Notes under the pieces: model-generated | The model's database searches: none | Seen by the model: the letters and a program-made list of their open reading frames with translations, nothing else | What the model was told of the DNA's origin: nothing | Position numbers and translations under genes: made by a program | From: Mobula hypostoma | Taxonomy: Eukaryota | Length of the DNA stretch: 64,000 nucleotides | Reading direction: 5' to 3' | Assembly: GCF_963921235.1 (NCBI RefSeq) | Contig: NC_086097.1 | Coordinates: forward strand, 232,564,001-232,628,000 | In this document: one piece after another, positions 11,906 through 23,300 of the stretch | Layout: every line of letters begins with the position of its first letter | Position numbering within the stretch: position 1 is the first letter of the stretch

Positions 11906-12215
11906 CCCGCCTCCTGGCGCTGTCCCTGTAGTCTCTTCCCCTGAACCCAACACGCTCGCACCCTACGTCACAGCTGTCCGTTATGCCACGCACGGCGTCT
12001 GAATTGTCCTTATGCGCCTGTCAGAGAGTCACTTCCGGGTCGGTCGCCGGAGTTCGGTTGAGCGCATGCGTAGTGTGCGGGGCCGGGTGTCGGACGGCCT
12101 CAGCGGCCCACGGTGGCTGCGTTCCTGGTTCAGCGGGGACCGTGTCTGCGGTGGGGACTGGGTCGCCGGGCAGGGGCGTCCTAGCGCTGCCGCCGAGCAG
12201 AAGCCTGGTGTGACC

Positions 12216-12298
12216 ATGGCGATTAGCCAGCTCCGAGCGCTGAGAGTGTGCACCTGCTTCGCGTGGCTGCTCTCCTTCTTCAGGCGGCTCATCTGCAG
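12216..12298 (+). CDS. EBAG9: EBAG9/RCAS1 coding exon 1 (MAISQLRALRVCTCFAWLLSFFRRLIC-R)
   Basis: ATG in Kozak context (accATGg). The peptide matches the vertebrate EBAG9 N-terminus as I recall it (MAITQFRLFK.CTCLA..FSFLKRLICR). Ends phase 2 at AG|GCAAGT. Confidence 0.93.
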
Positions 12299-13014
12299 GC
12301 AAGTCCGGCGCCTCGCTCGCTGCACTTCACCGGGTTTGTGCCGCGGTTCAGGTGACAGCTGGGAGCTATCGAGTGTCCTGGCCGCTGTTTAGTCTTTAGG
12401 GAGCGCTTCCTGACCAGGTTATTTGCGTTATATCTTGCAGTATGTGAGCTAACATCTGGATTTTCTTTACTGAAAGAACTAGTACATTTAGATATGTTCT
12501 CAATCGGCCGTAAAACATTTCGGAGGAAAATAAAACATCCATTGTGGAAGCTCCTTGTGTAAGCAATATGAACAAGTTGCATTTGTAACCTCCTCTCTCA
12601 ATCTTTATGTTTCAAACTTTTCTTTCCAGCATCCATTTTGTTTCATTGCTGCTTTGATTAATATGTAGACTCTGTATTTCTTGCCGCTCTGGAGTCGACT
12701 GGTGGTGTCACTCATGGGGATCCAAGTTTCAAGTAGACTTTCAACTTTATCTGATGCTTTTCAGTGCAATTCAAATCTGGCTCCTCAGAATCCAGTGTAG
12801 AACTGTGTTTATCACCACAGTTGCTGGATTTTTGTCAGCAGTTTAGGATCAAGTGTCGAACATTTTCAGAGAACAGTGTTTCAGTGAACAAATGCAGCTC
12901 TGATTACCTTTCTAGACTCACTTGATGTTGATTGATTGTGTGATTTACTTCAGAGAGGAGATTGATGAGCTCAGCAATTCTAATGGATATTTTTGGTTTG
13001 TATAAATCTGATGT

Positions 13015-13410
13015 TAATAAGATATAGGAGCAGAATTGGGCCATTTGGCCCATCAAGTCTGCTCCACCATTTCATCATTGCTGATCCATTTTCCCTCTCA
13101 GCCCCTATCACCTGCCTTCTCCCCACATCCCTTCATGTCATGGCTAATCAAGAATCTGTCACTCTCTGCCTTAAATATACCCAACAACTTGGCCTCCACG
13201 GCCACCTGTGGCAATGAAATCCACAAATTCCCCACTCTTTGGCTAAAGAAATTCCTCCTCATCTCCATTATAAACGGACGTCCTGCTATTCTGAGTCTGT
13301 GTCCTCTAGTCTTAGACTTTCCCACCATAGGAAACATCCTCTCCATATCCACTCTATCAGGGCCTTTCAACGTTTGATAGGTTTCAGTGATATCTCCCCT
13401 CATTCTTCTG
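13015..13410 (-). mobile_element. CR1 3' fragment
   Basis: ORF 13098..13403 (TRGHRLRI..NFFSQRV). Confidence 0.85.
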
Positions 13411-13745
13411 ATGTCATTACAAACGCTTTTTTCATATTTGGAGCTTTCTGGTTGATGTCAATAACTGTTCACACATAAGCCACTTCCTTTAAACAAAATT
13501 TGACATTGCATTGTAGTAATGACTGAGGGTTTGTGCAAAGACATTGTTTTAGAGGAGTATGTTGAAGATTCAAAGTGGAAAGTATTAGGATATATTAAAG
13601 CAAGTAACATGAAGGCAAGATTATGGACCGGAACAATTAAATTTCAAAACAGAGTTAGGTTAGATTGAATGAGAGTAGAGATTCTGGAACTCTGCTCCTA
13701 TTTCTTATGTTCTTATGAACTTTCTGGAATTGAATGAGATTGGAG

Positions 13746-14045
13746 ATTGATTGATGGCATCCATCTGTCTCGAAGGACAATGTATCATCTTTATCACAAA
13801 CCTGGGTGGAAGGTATGGAGATCCTGGGATGCCTAGTTGTCAAGATCCCCCTTTCGGCTTCACTCGTGTAGTCCAAAGAAAAGCTTATAAAGCAATATGT
13901 TTGGCACCAGCTTGGCCGCAGGAGCTGCCAAAAGGATGTTCAGTGATGTGCAGTTGCCTTCGGGGCTCCACTCCGGATTTTCTGTCTGGGTTTACGCCCG
14001 TAGCCTTCGTCTGTCCTAAGGCTGCCGACAAGGCAGTGGAGGGAC
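13746..14045 (-). mobile_element. Non-autonomous retroelement, probably RTE-derived bipartite
   Basis: Ends GAGACAGATGGATGCC(ATCA)n. Colinear similarity to the body of the SINEs at 4485 and 37066. Confidence 0.55.
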
Positions 14046-14604
14046 GAAAAGCATGAAATTTTAAATTAGTGGTGAGCTAACTGAGGCTTAGGACAGGACG
14101 GATGAGTGTCCCTGTCCTCAACTAGAGAAGAGATGAGTGGCTGTGAGATGGCACCTGAAAGTACATAGTGGTTTCAAATGAGCTTGGGTTTATGGATGCG
14201 AGTCCACCGGAGAGTGTTGGAATTGTAAAGTCAAGGCACGAATGAAACTTCTGACAGGAATTAAGATGAGCTAGTGGTGGGTTGTTAGAAATTTACTGCT
14301 ACAGAGGAGTCATCAGAAGTGCATCATAATGCAGATTTGATACCGTTTGTGAACCGTGGTAAATGCTGGAGCCGGTGGCAGGAGATCTTGTTCTGTGCAG
14401 GGTACCAACAGAAATCGTCTCACAATTTCCAATGTTTAGCTGGAGAATAGCGAGACGTGTCAAGGGTCTTTTCCTTTGAGTGAGTGCTGAAAATGAGAGA
14501 TGTGAATCGAAGGCATGAGTGTATTAGGAAAGTTGGGCTAATGATATTGATAAATACCGAGACCAGGACAGGGAGTTCTGCGGTTGGTAGTTTAGTGAAG
14601 AACA

Positions 14605-17310
14605 GGTTGGGTCTTTCTTAGAAGTTTGCGCAGATTTGGCATGTCATCTAAAACCTTGACACGCATCTATAGATGCACAATGGAGAGCATCCTGAGCACT
14701 GCCCCAGGAAAGCAGCATCCATCATCAAGGAAGCCCGCCATCCAGGCCTTGCTCTCTTCTCGCTGCTGCCATCGGGGAGGAGGTACAAGAGCATTAGGCC
14801 CCACATCACCAGGATCCTTTACATCTTTTTCTATGATTGCAGGACACTGCTGGCTATTAAAAATTGCAAGTGCTGTAGATCTACCCCACTTGCAAGTTGC
14901 TGGATAGCGATGGAACTGGACTTGTTGCACACTGCGTTGCAGACAGGTTCAGCCACACGGGCAGTGTGCAATCAATAAACGGTGGAAATGATTGCTTGGT
15001 GGAAGACAAGCTGGATTGCAGACGTCTGCTGGGCGAAATGAGAAACTGCTGTGGCTTGCTCGTGCAGAAACCTGGCTCCAGGACAAAATCCATGCATCAT
15101 CAATCTACACTCAGGGACCTGGGCAATATTATTATTAGTTTAATATATGTTTTTGTAACTATGGTTTTTGTTATCATAATTATATATACTGTGTGTTGTA
15201 ATGACTGTTGACAATGTGTATTACACCTTGGCCCCAGAGGAACACTTTTGTTGGGCTGTATTCCTGTGTATGGTTGAATGACAATTGAACTTGAGGAACA
15301 GTTATTACCCTTCAACTATCAGGCTGTTGAACCACCGTGGATAACTTCACGAACTGATTCCACAACCTATGGACTCACTTTCAATAACCCTTTCACAAGA
15401 GCAATGCACACAAAATGCTGGAGGAACTCAGCAGGTCAGCATCCATGGAAATAAATAAACAGTTGATGTTTCAGGCTGAGACCCTTTTTCAGGACTGAGA
15501 AGGAAGAGGGAAGATGCATAACTCATTTTCTTTGTTCTACTGTGAACGCCTGCAACAAAATGAATCTCAGGATAGTATATGGTGACATGTACATATTTTG
15601 ATAATAAATTGACTTTGAACATGAGGGAATGGGAGGTAGATGCCCTCGTGAGATGAGTTTGAAGATGACGTGTGGGCAAACCTCAAGAAGAGAAATTAGA
15701 GAAAGATACATCTCGATCTTGATTTTCTTCCTAAAGGGCCTGAACCGGAGAAAGGAACTGGTGCTTAATCTTGCTGGATTGGTTGATAAAACCTGTTGGC
15801 CTGGATACTGGGGATAAAAGAGAGTGCGTGGTGGATCAGAGAACAGTCTCCATCTTGCTATACTCAAATGACATGTGCATAGTTTTATAATAAATTTACT
15901 TTGACCTAATACTGATGTGACTGGAAATTTTATGCTACTGGTAAGAAGCAGAGCTTACAAAGAAGTTGTATTCCTACATATGTACTTCCAGTGACTGGCC
16001 CTCTAGCAGGGTCCCAGAATTGCCTCCTGTAATTTCCAAAGTGACGTCGCAGCTGAGCAATTCTCGTGCCTTTTTGAGGTGCAAAATGTACTTTAACCTT
16101 TTATCAATGGTTCCAAATTATTTGGTCCATACTGTATACTCAGGTAGAGAAATACTACTTGGTGCATCAGCTTTAGTTGTGGGGAAAAAAAGGTCGTTGA
16201 AGGAATGTCATTTTATTTGTTCGCTCGTTGTCTTCTGCACTGTGGTTGAATGCCCAAGTTGGTGCGCTCTTTCATTGATTCGGTTGTGGTCATTATTCTG
16301 TGATGGATTTATTGAGTCTGCCCACAAGACATTATATCTCAGCATTGTGTATGGTGTTCTCTATGTACTTTGAGTTCTTCTTTGAACTTTGAACATTTCG
16401 TTTACATCGAGGTACAGCACAGAAACTGGCCCTTCAAGTCTGCACCGCCCAGTTACAGTTGCGACCAACTAACCCGTACATCTTTGGATTGTGGGAGGAA
16501 ACCAGAGTCCCCGGAAGAAAGTCGCAGGGAGAATATACAAACTCCTTACAGTAGTGGAATTGAACTTGGATCATTGGCGCTGTAATATTGTTATGCTAAT
16601 GGCTATGCTTTACTGTGCTGCCCAAATGGGCTGGATGTATAGGGTTTTTGGAGAAGCTGAATTAATAGCTAATACATTTGTAGATATTGCAGTGGGTAAG
16701 GTGGTTGGGTAACAGTAAATTATAGTTAATGGGATGTCTGTCAGTAGCAAAGGTGCAGAATTTATAAAGCACAGTTCAGGGACAGCTAGAATACTGTGCA
16801 AGGTCTGGTCACCAGAGTATCAGAAGAATGTGGAGTCATTATGGAGGATGCAGAGATATGAAGTTGCTGAAAGAAGAAGCTGTCTGATTATAGGGAAAGA
16901 TTGGATAGACTAGGCTTTTTTAAATTAAGGTGAAGAAAACTGCCTTAAACTGGCAGCATACTCACTGCTGCCATCAGGAAGAAGGTGTAGAAGCCTTGGG
17001 ACTGTCACCACCAGGTGAAGAAACAGTTATTCCCCCTCAATCACCAGGCTCTTGAGGCAGAGGGGATGACTTCACTCTGCTTCACTTGCCCCTTCACTGA
17101 CTCACTTTCAAGGACTGTTTTCTTTTATATTTGCTTTTATATTTTGTTGTCTTTTGCACACTGGTTGTTTGTCCATCCTGTTGGGTGCAGTCTTTCATTG
17201 ATTCTGTTGTTTCTCGGATTTACTGAGTCTGCACTCAAGAAAATGAATCTCAGAATTCTATATGGTGACACATTTGTACTTTGATCATAAATTTTCTTTG
17301 AACTTTGAAA
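14605..17310 (+). mobile_element. Cluster of degenerate Rex1 3' fragments, a Penelope tail (15405-15500) and a V-SINE (16405-16622, -)
   Basis: Peptides RRFGMSSKTL and KAASIIKEARHPGLALFSLLPSGRRY; recurrent tails ending AAATTTACTTTGAACTTTG. Confidence 0.65.
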
Positions 17311-17374
17311 TAATAGCGGTTGAAATAACAAGGAAGCCAACCATTAGTGACTAGAGATATAAACTACAATACTC

Positions 17375-18225
17375 CATTACTTGGCCTCCACAGCTGTCCA
17401 TGGCAATAAATTCCACAGATTCTCTACCCTCTGGCTAAATAGGTTCCTCTCTTCTGTGTTTTAAAAGGACATAGCTCTATTCTGAGGCCATGCCTTCTGG
17501 TCCTAGACTTCCTCACTATAGGAAATATCCTCTCCACATCCATTCGCTAGGTCTTTTAACATTTGATAGGTTACAATGAGATGCTCCTCCTCCCATTCTT
17601 CTAAACTCCAGCGAATCCAGGCCCAGTGCTATCAAACACTCCTCATATGTTAACCTTTTTATTCCCTGGATAATTCTTGTGAACCGCTACTGGACCTCCT
17701 CCAAGGCCAGCATATCCTTTCTGCTATAAGTGGTCCAACACTACGCACAATACTCCAAGTACGGTTTGACAATTGCCTTACAAATTCTCCCATCACATTC
17801 TTACTCTTGTATTCTAATCATCTTGAAATGAATGCTAACGTTGCATTTGCCTTCCTTACCACTGACTCAACCTGCAAGTTAACATTTAGGAAATTCTGCA
17901 CAATGACTTACAAGTCCCTTTGCGCCTCAGAGTTTTAAAATTTTCTCCTCTTATAGATCATAGTCTATGTCTTTATTTCTTCTGCCAAAGTGCGTGACCA
18001 TACAGTTCTCTGCACTATATTCCATCTGCCACTCATTGTCCATTCTCCCAATCTGTCCAAATCTTTCTGCAGGCTCCCTGCTTCCTCAACACTACCTGCC
18101 CCTCCACTTACCTTTGTATCATCTGCAAACTTTGCCACAAAGCCATCAATTCTGTCATCCTATAATGTGAAAAGAAGCGGTCCCAATACTGACAGCTGTG
18201 AACACCACTTGTCACTGGCAGCAGG
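17375..18225 (-). mobile_element. Old CR1 RT-to-3' fragment
   Basis: Minus strand contains FVAKFADDTKV and downstream CR1 motifs. Confidence 0.8.
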
Positions 18226-18561
18226 TCAGGCTACATCTAAAAAGCAGGAGTTTCCAATGTGGTCCACAGACCCTTCAGGAAATGGTAAGGGTCCATGGCA
18301 CAAAAACAGTTATGAACCCCTGTTGATGTTACACTTGAAGCTGATGAAGGATCTTGGGCTGAGACTAGAAACCAATCAAGGCTCTTGACCTGAAATATTG
18401 ACTGTTTATCTCCCTTGTTGGATACTGCCTGGCTTGCTGAGTTCCTCCAACATACTGTGTGTTGCTCAAGGTTTCCAGTATCTGCAGAATCTCGTGTTTA
18501 GCAATAATATGTCAACCGCAGTAAACTGAAACATCTCCAAGTACTCTACAGAAGTGTAGTC

Positions 18562-18892
18562 AGGCATCGATCGTGTGGATAGCCAGAGGCTTTTTCCCAG
18601 GGCTGAAATGGCTGCCACAAGAGGGCACAGGTTTAAGGTGCTTGGGAGTTGGTACAGAGGAAATGTTAGGGGTAAGCTTTTTTACACAGTGGTGAGTGCG
18701 TGGAACGGGCTGCCGGCAACGGTGGTGGAGGCGGATACAATAGGGTCTTTTAAGAGACTTTTGGATAGGTACATGGAGCTTAGAAAAACAGAGGGCTATG
18801 GGTAAGCCTAGTAATTTCTAAGGTAGGGACATGTTTGACACAACTTTGTGGGCCGAAGGGCTTGTATTGTGCTGTAGGTTTTCTATGTTTTT
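18562..18892 (+). mobile_element. CR1 3' end (same subfamily as 28612-30891)
   Basis: DSQRLFPRAEMAATRGHRFKVLG; 3' UTR and tail. Confidence 0.88.
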
Positions 18893-19984
18893 AAAAGTTG
18901 GCATTAAGCCAAAATGAGTAGGATCCAATATCTTGGTAAAGGATACTTTTTTAAGGAATGCCTTAAAGTGGGAAAGAGAAAGGTGGAGCTTTTTAGGAAG
19001 TGCATTAAGAGTTTTGTCTCAAAGTAAGAAAGCCTCCCCATCAAAGCTTAAAGCATTGTTGCAGTCAGCAAGTTACTCTTTTCAAGTTGACCTGAACTTG
19101 AATTAAATACAGTTCTTTAAATGCGTTTCACTGTGTTTTGATGTACATGTGACACATAAAGCTAATCTTTTTCTTCAATCTGTAGTTTTCTCTGGTATTT
19201 CTTCCATCATGGAGTAATGCTGCTTGAGGGAGAATTTTGTGAAATTGTGTGATTCCATGTCTAAAAGATGTATAACTATTGTGTTTATATGACACCTTGG
19301 CAGTTTTACTGGTGACAGTAACACCGAGGTTAAGTTACTGCACTTATCATCCAGAAATCTGGACTAACAGTGGAACATCATGAATTCAAATCCCACTATA
19401 GCAGAAAGGCAATTTAATTTAGCTTCTCCAACTGATTTTGTTTTTGGGGAAAAGCTAGCAATGCTGACCATGAAGTAGAGATTGTCATCAAAACCCTTCT
19501 GGGTTTGATTTCTGCTGCTGTCTGTAAGCACAGAGTTTGTAAGTTTTTTCCGTGACCATGTGGGTTTCCTCCAGGTGCTGCGGTTTCCTCCCACATTCCA
19601 AAGACGTACGGTTAGCGTTAGTAAGTATTTTGCTGCCAGAAGCATGGTGACACTTGCACGCTACCCCCAGCACGATCCTTGCATCTCCTGAAAATGATTT
19701 TAAAAACAGCTCCCCACGTTTTTATTCTCAACCTGCTAAAATATTCAATTTGAATTTTGATTCTCTGGATTGCATTTCCTGCTCTGGCAATTACATGATT
19801 AATAATGTAATTACTACTTCATTATAGTCCATATCTCCTTGTAGGTATTTGGGAGATTTCAAGCACAGCCATTTTGCATCATTGATGAACACTCTAAGAA
19901 AGGAAAATACTGATTTCTAGAGTTTTATTTATTCATATTTGCAGGGCTTATTAGTCCCCCCGAGATGTTTTTGAAATACTACAT

Positions 19985-20355
19985 GGAACCTAGTACAGCA
20001 CAGTACAGGCCCTTCAGCCCACAATGATGTGCCGACCTTTTAACCTATTCCACAGTCAACCTAACTCTTTCATGCTACACAGCTCATAACCCTCCATTTT
20101 TCTTTCATCCATATGCTTATCTAAGAGCCTCTTAAATATGCCTAATGTGTCAGCCTCTACCACATGGAGGCTACCACAGCCTCTATGTGCATTCCAGACA
20201 CGTACCACTTTGTGAAAAGATAAAAACAACAAACATCTGACATCTCCCCTAAACCTTCCTCCACTCACCTTAAAGTTGTGGCCTCTCGTGTGGCCCGTTG
20301 CCACCCTGGGAAAAAGGCGCTGGTTGTCCTTTGTCAATGCCTCTTATAATCTTAT
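19985..20355 (-). mobile_element. Old CR1 3' end (continuation of 27260-28609)
   Basis: ORF 20056..20337 (NQRLFPRV..TRGHNFKV). Confidence 0.8.
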
Positions 20356-23300
20356 AGAAACGTAGAAAATAGGTGCAGGAGTAGGCCATTCGGCCCTTCA
20401 AGCCTGCACCGCCATTTATTATGATCATGGCTGATCATCCAACTCAGAACCCTGCCCCAGCCTTCCCTCCATACCCCCTGATCCCCGTAGCCACAAGGGC
20501 CATATCTAACTCCCTCTTAAATATAGCCAATGAACTGGCCTCAACTGTTTCCTGTGGCAGAGAATTCCACAGATTCACCACTCTCTGTGTGAAGAAGTTT
20601 TTCCTAATCTCGGTCCTAAAAGGCTTCCCCTTTATCCTCAAACTGTGACCCCTCGTTCTGGACTTCCCCAACATCGGGAACAATCTTCCTGCATCTAGCC
20701 TGTCCAATCCCTTTAGGATTTTATACGTTTCAATCAGATCCCCCCCTCAATCTTCTAAATTCCAACGAGTACAAGCCCAGTTCATGCAGTCTTTCTTCAT
20801 ATGAAAGTCCTGCCATCCCAGGAATCAATCTGGTGAACCTTCTTTGTACTCCCTCTATGGCAAGGATGTCTTTCCTCAGATTAGGGGACCAAAACTGCAT
20901 ACAATACTCCAGGTGTGGTCTCACCAAGGCCTTGTACAACTGCAGTAGTACCTCCCTGCTCCTGTACTCGAATCCTCTTGCTATAAATGCCAGCATACCA
21001 TTCACCTTTTTCACTGCCTGCTGTACCTGCATGCCCACTTTCAATGACTGGTGTATAATGACACCCAGGTCTCGTTGCACCTCCCCTTTTCCTAATTGGC
21101 CACCATTCAGATAATAATCTGTTTTCCTATTTTTGCCACCAAAGTAGATAACTTCACACTTATCCACATTAAATTGCATCTGCCATGAATTTGCCCACTC
21201 ACCCAACCTATCCAAGTCACTCTGCATCCTCTTAGCATCCTCCTCACAGCTAACACTGCCACCCAGCTTCGTGTCATCCGCAAGCTTGGAGATGCTGCAT
21301 TTAATTCCCTCATCCAAGTCATTAATATATATTGTAAACAACTGGGGTCCCAGCACTGAGCCTTGCGGTACCCCACTAGTCACCGCCTGCCATTCTGAAA
21401 AGGTCCCGTTTATTCCCACTCTTTGCTTCCTGTCTGCTAACCAATTTTCTATCCACATCAATACCTTACCCCCAATACCATGTGCTTTAAGTTTGCACAC
21501 TAATCTCCTGTGTGGGACCTTGTCAAAAGCCTTTTGAAAATCCAAATTTACCACATCCACTGGTTCTCCCCTATCCACTCTACTAGTTACATCCTCAAAA
21601 AATTCTATGAGATCCGTCAGACATGATTTTCCTTTCACAAATCCATGCTGACTTTGTCCGATGATTTCACCGCTTTCCAAATGTGCTGTTATCACATCCT
21701 TGATAACTGACTCCAGCAGTTTCCCCACCACCGACGTTAGGCTAACCGGTCTATAATTCCCCGGTTTCTCTCTCCCTCCTTTTTTAAAAAGTGGGGTTAC
21801 ATTAGCTACCCTCCAATCCTCAGGAACTAGTCCAGAATCTAACGAGTTTTGAAAAATTATCACTAATGCATCCACTATTTCTTGGGCTACTTCCTTAAGC
21901 ACTCTGGGATGCAGACCATCTGGCCCTGGGGATTTATCTGCCTTCAATCCCTTCAATTTACCTAACACCACTTCCCTACTAACATGTATTTCGCTCAGTT
22001 TCTCCATCTCACTGGACCCTCTGTCCCCTACTATTTCTGGAAGATTATTTATGTCCTCCTTAGTGAAGACAGAACCAAAGTAATTATTCAATTGGTCTGC
22101 CATGTCCTTGCTCCCCATAATCAATTCACCTGTTTCTGTCTGTAGGGGACCTACATTTGTCTTTACCAGTCTTTTCCTTTTTACATATCTATAAAAGCTT
22201 TTACAGTCAGTTTTTATGTTCCCTGCCAGTTTTCTCTCATAATCTTTTTTCCCCTTCCTAATTAAGCCCTTTGTCCTCCTCTGCTGAACTCTGAATTTCT
22301 CTCAGTCCTCAGGTGAGCCACTTTTTCTGGCTAATTTGTATGCTTCTTCTTCGGAATTGATACTATCCCTCATTTCTCTTGTCAGTCACGGGTGCACTAC
22401 CTTCCTTGATTTATTCTTTTGCCAAACTGGGATGAACAATTGTTGTAGTTCATCCATGCAACCTTTAAATGCTTGCCATTGCATATCCACCGTCAATCCT
22501 TTATAAGTGTCATTTGCCAGTCTATCTTAGCTAATTCACGTCTCATACCTTCAAAGTTACCCCTCTTTAAGTTCAGAACCTTTGTTTCTGAATTAACTAT
22601 GTCACTCTCCATCTTAATGAAGAATTCCACCATATTATGGTCACTCTCACCCAAGGGGCCTCTCACGACAAGATTGCTAATTAACCCTTCCTCATTGCTC
22701 AAAACCCAGTCCAGAATAGCCTGCTCTCTAGTTGGTTCCTCGACATGTTGGTTCAAAAAACCATCCCGCATACATTCCAAGAAATCCTCTTCCTCGGCAC
22801 CTTTACCAATTTGGTTCACCCAATCTACATGTAGATTGAAGTCACTGTAAAAGCTTTTATAGATATGTAAAAAGGAAAAGACTGATAAAGACAAATGTAG
22901 GTCCCCTGCAAACAGAAACAGGTGAATTGATTATGGGGAGCAAGGACATGGCAGACCAATTGAATAATTACTTTGGTTCTGTCTTCACTAAGGAGGACAT
23001 AAATAATCTTCCAGAAATAGTAAGGGACAGAGGGTCCAGTGAGATGGAGGAACTGAGCGAAATACATGTTAGTAGGGAAGTGGTGTTAGGTAAATTGAAG
23101 GGATTGAAGGCAGATAAATCCCCAGGGCCAGATGGTCTGCATCCCAGAGTGCTTAAGGAAGTGGCCCAAGAAATACTGGATGCATTAGTGATAATTTTTC
23201 AAAACTCGTTAGATTCTGGACTAGTTCCTGAGGATTGGAGGGTGGCTAATGTAACCCCACTTTTTAAAAAAGGAGGGAGAGAGAAACCGGGGAATTATAG

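Larger units (their letters stand above)
11640..12410 (+). promoter_or_regulatory. CpG-island promoter of EBAG9
   Basis: Sharp GC/CpG enrichment against an AT-rich background. ETS/GABP-like ACTTCCGG at 12031-12038, NRF1-like GCGCATGCG at 12062-12070, and multiple GC boxes. Confidence 0.85.

Noticed and set aside
11641..11993. Repetitive Arg/Gly ORFs, or a CRISPR-like array
   Set aside because: Translations of a tandem minisatellite. There are no unique spacers and the context is eukaryotic.
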